64,000 nucleotides of DNA from Balanoglossus misakiensis (Eukaryota > Animalia > Hemichordata). The position numbers and the translations under genes are program-made. Every line of letters starts with the position of its first letter. Position 1 is the first letter of the stretch. Positions 1 through 10,600 of the stretch are shown here, piece after piece. The DNA lies in assembly GCA_040954595.2 (NCBI GenBank), contig CM082583.2, positions 1,250,925 through 1,314,924 of the forward strand, in the 5' to 3' direction. Under the pieces are notes generated by a model. That model did no database searches, was not told the DNA's origin, and worked only from the letters and a program-made list of their open reading frames with translations.

Positions 1-1013
1 GTGCATCAAACAATGATCCAAGCAAAGTTGCTTCCTATTTCATAGACACAGTTGAGAAGCTGAAAGGTAATAGACACATTCATTCAAGGTTGTTAAACAT
101 ATCATTTTGACAAAATTTGTTTTATTGACATTTCTGAACTGGGTAAAGGCGATAAATTTAGCCAACCACTAATCAATGACAATTATCCATTGCATGCTCA
201 TATTAGTCTTGTACCCAATATTTCCTGTGGCAACATTGTAATGATCTTCACATATCCAGGCTGTGTTGAAAAACATTGAAACTACGTGTAGGCAGTAAAG
301 CATTTGGAATGAAAATCTTTCTTAAAAATTAAATCTAGTGTGTACAATTTTTTTTTTTTTTTTTTTTTTGGGGGGGGGGGGGGTTAACATTTTAACTGTA
401 AGAGCTGCCAATGTCAATCCTAATTTGTTTGCAGGTTGCCCCAGGATCTTGCGAGCAGATCATGGCACAGAAACAGGAGTGATAATGACTGCTCAAGCCA
501 TGTTGAGGACAGATGGTGATGATGCTTTTGCTGACAACAGCTTTTGGTATGGTCCTTCAACTGCTAACCAGGTCAGTTATATAATAATAATAATAATAAT
601 AATAATGTTTTATTTACCCATTAATTAAAGGGTACATATGATAGGTAAAAATACAAATGGTGGGTAAATATGGAGTCAGGAAATAGCCACAGCTAGTCTA
701 GCCTGTACTCCTACAATATAGCTTGCTTGGTTACAGAAAAAAAAAGATAATGTTGAGGGAACGCTTGAAGCGTGATTCAAGTACGATCTCACTACAACAG
801 TGTAAAGTTATCCATTGCAAATGGTAATGGAAAAAAGAAAGGAACAACAATCACAAACAAACAAACAAAACAGCATCATACTACATCAAGAAAATTACAA
901 ATTCATTTGTACTGGTTTAAGAGGTGTTGTTTAAATGTCCTACGAAATTGGCATAAAGTATTTGAAGACTTAATTTGTGGAGGAATATCGTTCCAGATTT
1001 TTGCTCCAGTATG

Positions 1014-3854
1014 TTATATCGAGAACTGGCCTGAGTTTGTTTTGGCATGGAACGGGCGTAGATAGTGATGTAACCAAATTCTGGTATTATGCTCATGACT
1101 TGTTGTGTTAAAATAATCTGAAAGTGAATGTGGAGATTTCTGGTGATATAAATAATAAATGAAGGAACCTAGTAAATAACTGTGAAGCTTGGTAATATCC
1201 AAAATATTCAGTTGATTAAAGAGAGGAGAAGAATGGTCCATGTGTGATTTGAAAAGCATTATACGTACAATTGTTTTTGGGGCAACTTGGATACAACGTA
1301 ACTTTGTGGGGTAAGTATTGCCCCAAACCTCAAGACCATATGTAACATGGGGGAGTATGAAGGCGTTGTAATACAAAATTCTGATATGGAGTGGTAAAAT
1401 ATTTCTAATCTTGTATAAAATTCCACAGTGCTTCCTAATGAGATTATTTATTTTGGTAATTTGATGTGACCATGACAGATGCTTATCCAATAAAACCCCA
1501 ACAAATGGTATCACATCAACCTCTTTGATTTCTTCATTCTGGATTTGCAATGACCCAAGAACATTAAGTTTTTTCTGCCGACCCCTAAAAATAATAAAGT
1601 GAGTCTTGGCCCTATTAATTGTTAGTTTGTTGGCATTGCACCATTGCTGAACATCATTTAAATAAGAGGATATATGAGTCAAGTTAATACTATCTGCACC
1701 TGAGAAGGAATGGAAGAGATTGGAGTCGTCAGCAAATAAACGGAAATCAAAAAATGTAGAAGAATTTGGAAGGTCATTGATATAAATAAGGAAAAGGGTT
1801 GGGCCCAAAACTGATCCCTGTGGGACTCCATTGTGGATCAAGGACTTTTCTGAAACATGACTGGTTAATGTGACATACTGTGAGCGGTCTGTGAGGTAGC
1901 TGTTAAACCAATGCTGGCAGGGGCCCCTAAACCCGTAATGTTCAAGCTTGGACAATAAAGTGGCATGGTGAATGGTATCGAAAGCTTTGCTGAAGTCAAT
2001 AAACACCCCCAGTGTGGAATTCCCCTTATCAATTTCTTTTAACAAGTGGTTAACTAAGTTAATCAAAGTGTGCTTGGTGCTATGGTTCTTTCTAAAGCCA
2101 TACTGGTGCTTATATAATATATTATATTTATCAAGGTAAGTAATCACTTGTTTGTTTACCACTTTTTCTATCACTTTACTGAACATTGATAAAATGGCGA
2201 TGGGTCTGTAGTTCCCAGCAATGTTCTGTTCTCCTTTCTTGAAGATAGGTTTAACCTTAGCGACTTTTAAGGAATTAGGGAAGACACCGGTACAGAAAGA
2301 CATATTTATGATGTGGGTCAAAGGTTGAGCAATAACATCAGCTGCATCAATTAGGAGTCTTGGAGGAATATTATCCCACCCACTGGCCTTTTTACTGTCA
2401 AGATGCACCAAAATCTCTTTTATCTCAGCAACCGTAACAGGATGGAGAAAAAAAGAGTTTGGCATAGGATCATTCATATAATTTTTAAAATCTTTTGTGG
2501 TTTTTGGAATGTGTTTTGCCAGATTTTGACCCACATGTACAAAGAAGTCATTAAAACACTTAGCCATATCAGCTGGCTTATCTACCAACCTTTCAATCCC
2601 ATTTACATTGACCTTTAACTGATCTGGTGCTTTATCTAAAGTAGTGTTTTTACCAAGCAACTCATTTACAACATTCCACACTTTACCATTGTTGTTTACA
2701 GTGAATAAATTAGCATAATACACCCTTTTGGCTTTTCTTAAAACACTTGTAAGAATATTTCTGTAGGTTGTGTAGCGAGCAACAGCACTTGGTTCATGTT
2801 GTGTGGTGACAACTTTAGCATATAGTTTGCGTTTGGTGCGAATTGACTTCTTAATAGCTTTGGTAATCCAGGGATTTTTGTTACACTTGGCCTTAATAGT
2901 TTTAACCTCAAGTGGGGCATGATGGTCACACACCTGGCTGAACAAATTGCTGAAGGTGTCAAAAGCAGTGTTTACACAGCTATTGTTATGCATAACAACG
3001 TTCCAGTTAACATTAATTAAATCAGAAATAAAACGAGCAGAGTTATAGCGCCTGAAATTCCTTGTACAAACTGACCGTACAAATGGCGTGTGGACATTGA
3101 AGTTGTTGAAAATAGAGAAAATAGGTAAGTGATCTGAAATATCAGCAATAATTGTACCAGCATCAATGTGACAAGAGCTAATATTGGAATAAATATGATC
3201 AATGGTCGACTTGGAAGTACTTGTAATACGAGTTGGGGAGGAGATTAACTGTTCTAGATGAAGACATTGCATCCTTGGTATAAAATCCCGAGCACTTGAA
3301 TCTGGACTTGACACATCAATATTAAAGTCACCCATAAGAATACAATGTTTTTTATCCAGTTTCAAAGAACAAAGAACATTAAAAAGACTGTCTTCAAACT
3401 CTGTGACACTAGTTCCTGGTTTGCGATATAACACACCGACAACTATGCGATTCTTTAACCCGCATATTTCAAACCATAGTGATTCAGAATGAACCACATT
3501 AAAGTTTAACAGTTTGTATTTAAGAGAACAATGAATATATGCCCCTACCCCGCCACCCCGACCGATGTTTCTGCTATTTAACTCAAAAGAGTAATTTGGC
3601 AAATTAAAAAAAGTTGGATTATTGATTTGCCAGGTTTCTGAAACACCAATAATGCGAAAAGGACTGGTGATACATTCATTATACAGGAGACGTACATCGT
3701 CTATACTATTACAGAGAGATCTTGCATTAATATGAGATACTGAGAAAGAATGGCTGGATCTAGAGCTAAATTTATCATTAAATGTTGACGGTTCTAGTAT
3801 ATGATTTGTAACTGTGAAAATGTCATCATCTATGTCATTTACTGAGTTTGGCAT
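1014..3854 (-). CDS. LINE ORF2: APE endonuclease + reverse transcriptase (premature TAA 37 codons before natural stop at 903)
   Basis: HINARS, GVSETW, MGDFN, TIDHI, SDHLP (APE); YRPI, DFSKAFD, GVPQGSVLGP, FADD (RT); frame continues past the stop as HTGAKIWNDIP...FKQHLLNQYK*. Confidence 0.93.
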   Translation of the reverse strand: MPNSVNDIDDDIFTVTNHILEPSTFNDKFSSRSSHSFSVSHINARSLCNSIDDVRLLYNECITSPFRIIGVSETWQINNPTFFNLPNYSFELNSRNIGRGGGVGAYIHCSLKYKLLNFNVVHSESLWFEICGLKNRIVVGVLYRKPGTSVTEFEDSLFNVLCSLKLDKKHCILMGDFNIDVSSPDSSARDFIPRMQCLHLEQLISSPTRITSTSKSTIDHIYSNISSCHIDAGTIIADISDHLPIFSIFNNFNVHTPFVRSVCTRNFRRYNSARFISDLINVNWNVVMHNNSCVNTAFDTFSNLFSQVCDHHAPLEVKTIKAKCNKNPWITKAIKKSIRTKRKLYAKVVTTQHEPSAVARYTTYRNILTSVLRKAKRVYYANLFTVNNNGKVWNVVNELLGKNTTLDKAPDQLKVNVNGIERLVDKPADMAKCFNDFFVHVGQNLAKHIPKTTKDFKNYMNDPMPNSFFLHPVTVAEIKEILVHLDSKKASGWDNIPPRLLIDAADVIAQPLTHIINMSFCTGVFPNSLKVAKVKPIFKKGEQNIAGNYRPIAILSMFSKVIEKVVNKQVITYLDKYNILYKHQYGFRKNHSTKHTLINLVNHLLKEIDKGNSTLGVFIDFSKAFDTIHHATLLSKLEHYGFRGPCQHWFNSYLTDRSQYVTLTSHVSEKSLIHNGVPQGSVLGPTLFLIYINDLPNSSTFFDFRLFADDSNLFHSFSGADSINLTHISSYLNDVQQWCNANKLTINRAKTHFIIFRGRQKKLNVLGSLQIQNEEIKEVDVIPFVGVLLDKHLSWSHQITKINNLIRKHCGILYKIRNILPLHIRILYYNAFILPHVTYGLEVWGNTYPTKLRCIQVAPKTIVRIMLFKSHMDHSSPLFNQLNILDITKLHSYLLGSFIYYLYHQKSPHSLSDYFNTTSHEHNTRIWLHHYLRPFHAKTNSGQFSI

Positions 3855-3896
3855 GAAGCAATATATGGGAAACCAAGAAAATGTCTACAAGATGGT

Positions 3897-4709
3897 TTAT
3901 ACAATCTTGGCAAGGTCCAGCTCATTCCTTATCACTAGTACAGGTGACTGCTCACTTTTCTTCACAAGAACTTCACCGTTCCGCGTCCACGCATACTTAT
4001 AGCGTGCTGATTTGCGCTTCACGTTCGTCATCTTAAACAGTTTGCGTGCTTTTGGAGTTAGATTTTCATTTACGTAGATTTTGTTCCGATTGGCATATCC
4101 AATATCTCCAGTTGTAATGGTCGCTAGCTTCTTTTTGTTCCGGTGGATATAGTCGCGTTTCTTCCTGCTTAAGAATCGCACAATGATTGGTCTTGGGAAA
4201 GTAGGTGCAGCATTGTCACCTGTATGCTTTTGACCTAATCTGTGGGTAATCACAATGTCGTGGTCACTGATACCTGGATCGATCTTTTTTAGCACTCTTG
4301 TTACGATTGCATCTGTATTTTCTCCATCATCTGCACTTTCAGGAATTCCATGAAGTTCAATGTTTTCACGTCTATTGTATTGATTCATACTTTCCATAGA
4401 TTTCTCGAGCTCTGTGATGCGAGTGAAAAGCTGTGCATTCGTTTCTTTGACTTCTTTATTTTCAAGCTCCAAAGTAGAAACTCGTCCACGTACTTCCTCT
4501 ACAAGTCCGTTGAAGAACTCCAGTGACGAATTTATTGTGCTTTGGCTTTCTTTGAGCTCAGCAATACTGATCAATAGTGCCGGTATGTGATTTACATGTG
4601 AACAGATTTCAGCAAGCCGGTTTTCTATTGATTGTGGTGTGCCAGCTGGAGGTGTTGATTGGCAAGAGTCTGATGATCCAGATGGTGTTTGGTCTTTTCT
4701 TCTCGGCAT
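3897..4709 (-). CDS. LINE ORF1: coiled-coil + RRM-type nucleic-acid chaperone
   Basis: Heptad-rich segment, then RRENIELHGIPE, HRLG, PRPIIVRF, IYVNENLT, WTRNG motifs; lies just upstream of ORF2. Confidence 0.88.
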   Translation of the reverse strand: MPRRKDQTPSGSSDSCQSTPPAGTPQSIENRLAEICSHVNHIPALLISIAELKESQSTINSSLEFFNGLVEEVRGRVSTLELENKEVKETNAQLFTRITELEKSMESMNQYNRRENIELHGIPESADDGENTDAIVTRVLKKIDPGISDHDIVITHRLGQKHTGDNAAPTFPRPIIVRFLSRKKRDYIHRNKKKLATITTGDIGYANRNKIYVNENLTPKARKLFKMTNVKRKSARYKYAWTRNGEVLVKKSEQSPVLVIRNELDLAKIV

Positions 4710-7235
4710 CGTGAATGAGCACAGGTGTTCGATTACACAACGTGGGTTTTAAACAAAGGAGCAGAATTCCAGTACTATTTTGCATGCATAATGAGATCGA
4801 CTGGAACTAACGGCAGGATTCTGTGTGCTGGCTTCGACTTGATAGATAAAAATCAAAACTCACTTTTGACAAAAAGTTACAGCAATCTTCCGCAAAAATC
4901 CGTTGCCAGCTAATAGTCCACGCCTTCAAAAATCGACACATTGACCGGTGATGAAAAAAAGTTCCAACTAAGGAGTGATTTTTGGCTCGTACCAAGAGAC
5001 GATGTTGCTGAACTTGTCGACCATGCGCAGCGCCCTCTATCCACATATGACAAATGACATCACAATTTTTCTTAGGAATACCTACGCTGTACCGTGTCAT
5101 GAGATAAAAAGACTGTTAATACTACCCATTTTTCCACTACCTTGTTAAGATGACTATATGCTTGAGGAGACTATCCTCAAACCTCATAGACTCCCCATCT
5201 TCCCTACTTCAGTCACCGATTCCATTGCTGCTGCATGCCTGAGCAAATTTTGTTCAAATTTGGTGCAGTTTTTTGTTTCACAATATAATCCAAAAAAGAC
5301 ACTTTTGGTATCGTGTTTCACATTTGTTTGTTCAGAGTGGTGACAGTAATTGTGTCAGACCATTGTTTTCATTGTGATCTCTTCTTACAGCGTATTGAAC
5401 GATGGTGGGGTGTGTTAAGAAGTAAAAGTGCAGATTGGTGGATTGACCATTTTAAGGTAAAGTATCATTTGGCTTGTACAAATGTGTTCTGCAAAACAAA
5501 ATCAACTCAAACACAAAGATGGTTGTATAAGTGACAAAATTTGTATTCTCATAGAATGTGCCACAGCCCAAGATGCAATGTCATTAGTGGATGCAGTTGT
5601 GTGTAGGAATGAGAAAAATAACCAGTATAGCTCAAGTCAGTTCATATCATGATGTTGAATTGTCCTGCAGAGTTTTTATACATGAGGACTAGGCTTTCCA
5701 AACATTTTTTTTCTTGGCCATGGCCTTGCAGGCAGTTTATACACAAGTACAAGACCACATTCACTGACACATTTTACTGTAGCATTACAGGAAATTCACC
5801 ACTATCAATTTTTTATTCCCTAGGATTTGGTATCAATGGGTCATTTGCAGTAAGGTGACCCGGTCAACATGTGAGTTGATACACTTTATGTTTTGTTTCA
5901 AGTAATGAAAGAAATTCCATTATTCAATCTGTCAATGTTTGCACAGAGCAGAGAAGAAACAGACACAGACAGGATGGTAGAGACATAGACAGGAGATCAA
6001 ATATTGCAGTTCGTTTGAAATCCGTAGATCTGCTGGAAATCATATTTTTAACTGGATGAATTTCCATAAACTTGTAACATTATGCTATTTGTTAAGTATG
6101 ATAAAATGCACATATTATTCCCAAGCATCTTGAAATCAATTTGCATTTTTTCTTTCAGAATGAGTATGCAGTTTTGTTATTTTTCTGTCATGCAAAGGGA
6201 ACTGGATGAGGTAGTTGAGAGGTGGAACCACCACAGAATAAGGCGACAAAATAAAGGAGATTCTGTATCAGGCATTCCAGAAATTCTCTATACCTGTCCT
6301 GAGTTACTAGGTACTTTTTTATTGCAACAAAATAAAGAAACCAACAAAGATTCATTAAAATTGCAGAAATGCTACCTAATCTGGACCCTGTGACTGAATG
6401 TAGATCACAAGTCATGTGGGTATTTCACTCATTAGGTCAACATAAGGCTTATCCATGAAGTAAATGACATGCAGTGTTTAAAGCATAAATCATGAACATT
6501 GGAAAGTTTCCTCAACAAAAATCTCAAGATTACATAACATCTGCAGAGAATGATAGAAAAATAACATTTCAATCACTTCATTGCTTAAGGTAAATAAAAT
6601 AAAATAACTTAATATACATCTGGCACCAAGAACAATAGATACTCCAATATAAACAAAAAAGAAAGATGGCTGCTCACTGTGTACTGTGTTTCAGCTGATC
6701 GGTTATGGTTGATCGTACCAGCGTTTTGAAAGCCAAATAATATGCAACACAAGAACTAACTGAGATGTAAGATATACAATAATAATTTTATTATGAAAAT
6801 ACCACAAAGTATATATTTGGACATTAGCATAGTGCATCGCCCTCCGCTACGCATCAGGCGATACGTGGCGCTAATGTCCTTGAGCATACTTTGCAGTATT
6901 TTCGTAATACCCTCATAGTATTTAACCCATACATAAATTCTTATTTGAACAAACATATTTTGTTATTTCAGACCGCCCTAATTGTCGGAACTACATACAT
7001 TCAGTCAACGCTGGCTCTCAAACTTTCTTGCTATGCAAGTCACAGTGTAACTTTAATAATGGTTGCAATGAAGATTTCGCAGTTGTGGCACGGAACATAT
7101 GCCAAATGAATGGATGGAATCATGAACCCACTACAGCATTTGCAGCAAAAGAACTCTACTTGCACTTGACACCTTGCCTTGAAGAACTTTTCTAAACTAC
7201 ACAACTAAAGAGAACAATACAACAGCTAATACTTA

Positions 7236-7435
7236 AGAGGCCGTTCAGTTTTCATGGCTTGGGGCAAGTTTGTGTCATCTGTTTTCAAAAACAGGCAGAC
7301 CCCCCCCCCCCCATTCCCTTTACACGGGACCAAAAAATGATGACCCCCCTTTTGAATTTCCAAATTTAAGTGACACCCCCTTGATTTTGCCGACTCCCCC
7401 TACCTACCTCCCGCCGTAAAAACTGAATGGTCCCC
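7236..7435. mobile_element. ~200 bp MITE, Harbinger/PIF-like
   Basis: Imperfect TIRs agaggccgttcagtttt / aaaactgaatggtcccc, flanked by tta / tag. Confidence 0.5.
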
Positions 7436-7632
7436 TAGTAAAAAAAAATGTTCACAAGTACAGTTTAAAACAGCCCACACAGAAGAACATCATCATAGTT
7501 TGTTAGGGTGTCATCCAGGTCACCACTAATCTGTTGAACAAATAAAAAAGTGATTTCATGCATTAAAAAACATTGTTTATCATATTCATGTGTATGTACT
7601 GACATTTTGTGATGCGAAATAAAACTTGGTAA

Positions 7633-10600
7633 TCAGAATAGCTGTACTATGTGAACATTTGGATTCTGTTTCACGAGACTGAAGAATGTTGTGCATTTTT
7701 GGACAACTCGATTTTCAGTATAAAACTGCTAAAAAAGACAGTTGATCAATCTCTCAAAATTGGCAAACACCGAAATATGCAAATATCATCAAAAAAATTT
7801 AAAATTATTAAATTACCTCTTTCACTAGCATCATTTCTGGTAGATATTCTACTAAAAGGAAGTCAGCCTCAGCTGTGGCATGGTATTCATGCTGACACTG
7901 AAAATCAACACAGTTGGGAGGATCGAAACATTGCAGAAAAAATCTGCAAGGAAGATCTTCTGAATCAACTGTACCGCAAATCCAATCAAAGACATCCTGC
8001 AAAGCAAATAGATTCTTTTATGTTTACAATTATAATGCTAGAATATGATGATTAATCCAAACCTTGGTTTCTTTATTTTGGTATGACTGCAGCTACACTC
8101 AGAAATGCCTTACATTGTAAGGCTGCAACAGACTGTATTTGAACAGTGAACATGAAACACACAATTTACACTTGATGGCCCATATCTTGACTTACTTTGA
8201 GTGTATCTAGGTCTCTGAATGGCCTTTCCAGGACCTCATCGTTCACCATGATGCAGATTTGTCTTTTCCTTTCGTTAATCAAGGGCAATCTTATATTTTC
8301 GGCTCTGGCCTGTGCTGCCTGTAAAGAAATAAACACATTGAGTGTCATAACCTGAGCAGACAATTCACTGACTAACCGGTTCCTAGGGAAGAGATTGCCT
8401 TGCCTAACGTGAAATAGGTATGTGGATGAGAAAGTACAAAACAAACATTTAGTAGAATGCACCTCTGAGCTTTAAATTTTTAGACATTGGACCTAAAAAT
8501 TAACAATTTATCAAAAACTATCCTATAAATGTAAAAATGAAGAATTTATCAAAAACTACAAAGACAATCAACACGTTTCAATCCAGTATTAACATCATTG
8601 CCCAAACTGTCACTTTGGTGTAGGAGTATAACCAATCCAGTCAAATGTATGACTCAGAATCAAAATTCGACTAAACTTACATCTTTCCTCTGCAATTTCC
8701 TTTGAGCTTGTTTCTCTCTTTCCTGTAACGTTAATATTGATACCATTTAATACCTTAGACTAATCAATATCCCCCAGGGGCGGCCTAAACATCACATGTG
8801 AAAGCCCCATTTGTTTAAGAGTCATTCCATAATCTTTCAACACCTTTGCAAATACCAGTCAGAGTTATTTTCCATCATATCTGCTCTGACTGTCCCCATA
8901 TTTCCTCATGCAGCAGTAAAACCTGTCTAATCTTGAAACCTATCTATATTGAACACATGTTCCTGTCCCTTTGACATGGAACCACATGTTAAAAGAACCC
9001 CTATAAACCAGACACCTTTGCAAATGGAATAATTTCTTCAGTCACTTTGGTGTTCAGTTTCGACAGGTTTTACTGTAGCAGAATAGACATTTTGCCAATA
9101 AATACAATTGGTATTGACTAGAAGTGCCTGATCATTCGAATATTTATTCGGAGAACCTGCTCCATCATTTATAGTAGTTAATTAATCATGTCTAACCTGT
9201 TCTGAATTCAATGCCTGTTCAGCAGTACATTCTTTCATGGATTCCTCACATGAAGCTGCCACCTCCTCCACCACTGTTATGTCAACAGAATTTTCAACCG
9301 CAATCACTTCTACATCTTCATTGACACCATCACAGGACACAGGATCACAGGACACAGGATCACAGGACACAGGATCACAGGACACTAACTTTTCATTGTC
9401 AGTACCCTATAACAGAAAATAAAAAAATGAAATATCTATCTGGCTGTATATATGATTTTGTAAAATGTTGCTGTTTTGTGCTTAAACTATATTTTTTGTT
9501 CCCCATAAATTTTGTTGAAATGTCAAGATTTCAATTCATCGCCAGTAGATACTGTATGCCACACTGTATTACAAACCATGACATCACTGGCAGACTAAAT
9601 TTCTCATGTTAAAATATTCATGCCATTATACCTTGACCATTTCTTGTTCTTGTTCAGGTTCCTCTTGCTGCTCGAACTCTTTGTCTTGCAGTTGCAGCTT
9701 CTTTTGAACAAAGGATGCTTTCAAAGAATGTTTTGCTGTGGAATACAAAAAAAATACAGAATACAGAAATGCCCTGAAAATTGATAAGCACATCAGCATA
9801 GCTCACATATGCATAAAGAAACTGTTAATTATTTACTACTGAGTTTTAGTCCATACTAAAATCATTTCTCAATGTTGACTATACAAAGACCAGATGTTCT
9901 CGTAGGAGGATCCTTAAACCTTTGGCAATGAAACTACAAACCATAGTTCTAACCTGGGACTACACATAACAAAAGGACAGATTTACTCTGGAAAATAGGT
10001 CATTAAAGGGACAATGTCTCTCTCTTGCTGCCCCTTTTCCATTAATTATGTTTGATACAAGACACCGTTTATGTTATTATATGTGTGGATATATAGTGAA
10101 TCAACGTTCAACCACACACACCTTCCATTCGGCTTGAAGACATGAGTGAAAAAAAATCGCCAAAATGAATAATATTCCTCTACCATTTTTTCATTTGGGG
10201 CGAGTTTTTATTCTCATATCATCATACAAGTGAAATGGAAGTTGTGTGTGGTCGAATGTTGATTCGCTGTATGTCTACATGTAAAAACATAGCAACATAG
10301 CAATAAGCACATCTGCTCTGGATGCCAAGATATGGAAAAGTAGGTCAAAGGTCACCTGAGGTCATGCAAAATTTGGGCATAAAATTTTGACCCTATACTG
10401 GTCCATGTTCAACAAAAACCAAACCTATAGCCCTATTGGTTAGCCTGGAATTAGGTATGCACATAATTAATGAGATATGCAAGTGTCACAGGTGACCCCC
10501 AATTTTGGCTTTTCAATTTTAGTCCCAACCCTCCAAACGCGAAGTCTCTACCTGCTCTGGATGCCAAGATATGATAAAGTAGGTCAAAGGTCACCTGAGG

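Larger units (their letters stand above)
581..5045 (-). mobile_element. Full-length CR1/L2-group non-LTR retrotransposon in transposase intron 2
   Basis: 5' UTR, ORF1, ORF2 (APE+RT), 3' UTR hairpin (~672-711) and (ATT)n tail at ~581-606 on minus strand; 5' boundary approximate. Confidence 0.9.
1..7195 (+). pseudogene. Spliced DDE integrase-core transposase gene (IS3EU-like), 5'-truncated by window edge; exons 1-66, 435-571, 5391-5456, 5824-5870, 6159-6310, 6972-7195; in-frame TAA at 5851-5853
   Basis: GT-AG introns join in consistent phase to give ASNNDPSKVASYFIDTVEKLK-GCPRILRADHGTE...YGPSTANQ-RIERWWGVLR...HFK-DLVSMGHLQ*GDPVN-IMSMQFCYFSVMQRELDEVVERWNHHRIR...GIPEILY...PTTAFAAKELYLHL; RxDxGxE, NQRIExWW and WNxHxIR are integrase-core motifs of this eukaryotic family. 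Confidence 0.85.

Noticed and set aside
348-383. Poly-T/poly-G run giving the FFFF/GGGG ORF start
   Set aside because: Intronic low-complexity tract; the real exon starts at 435
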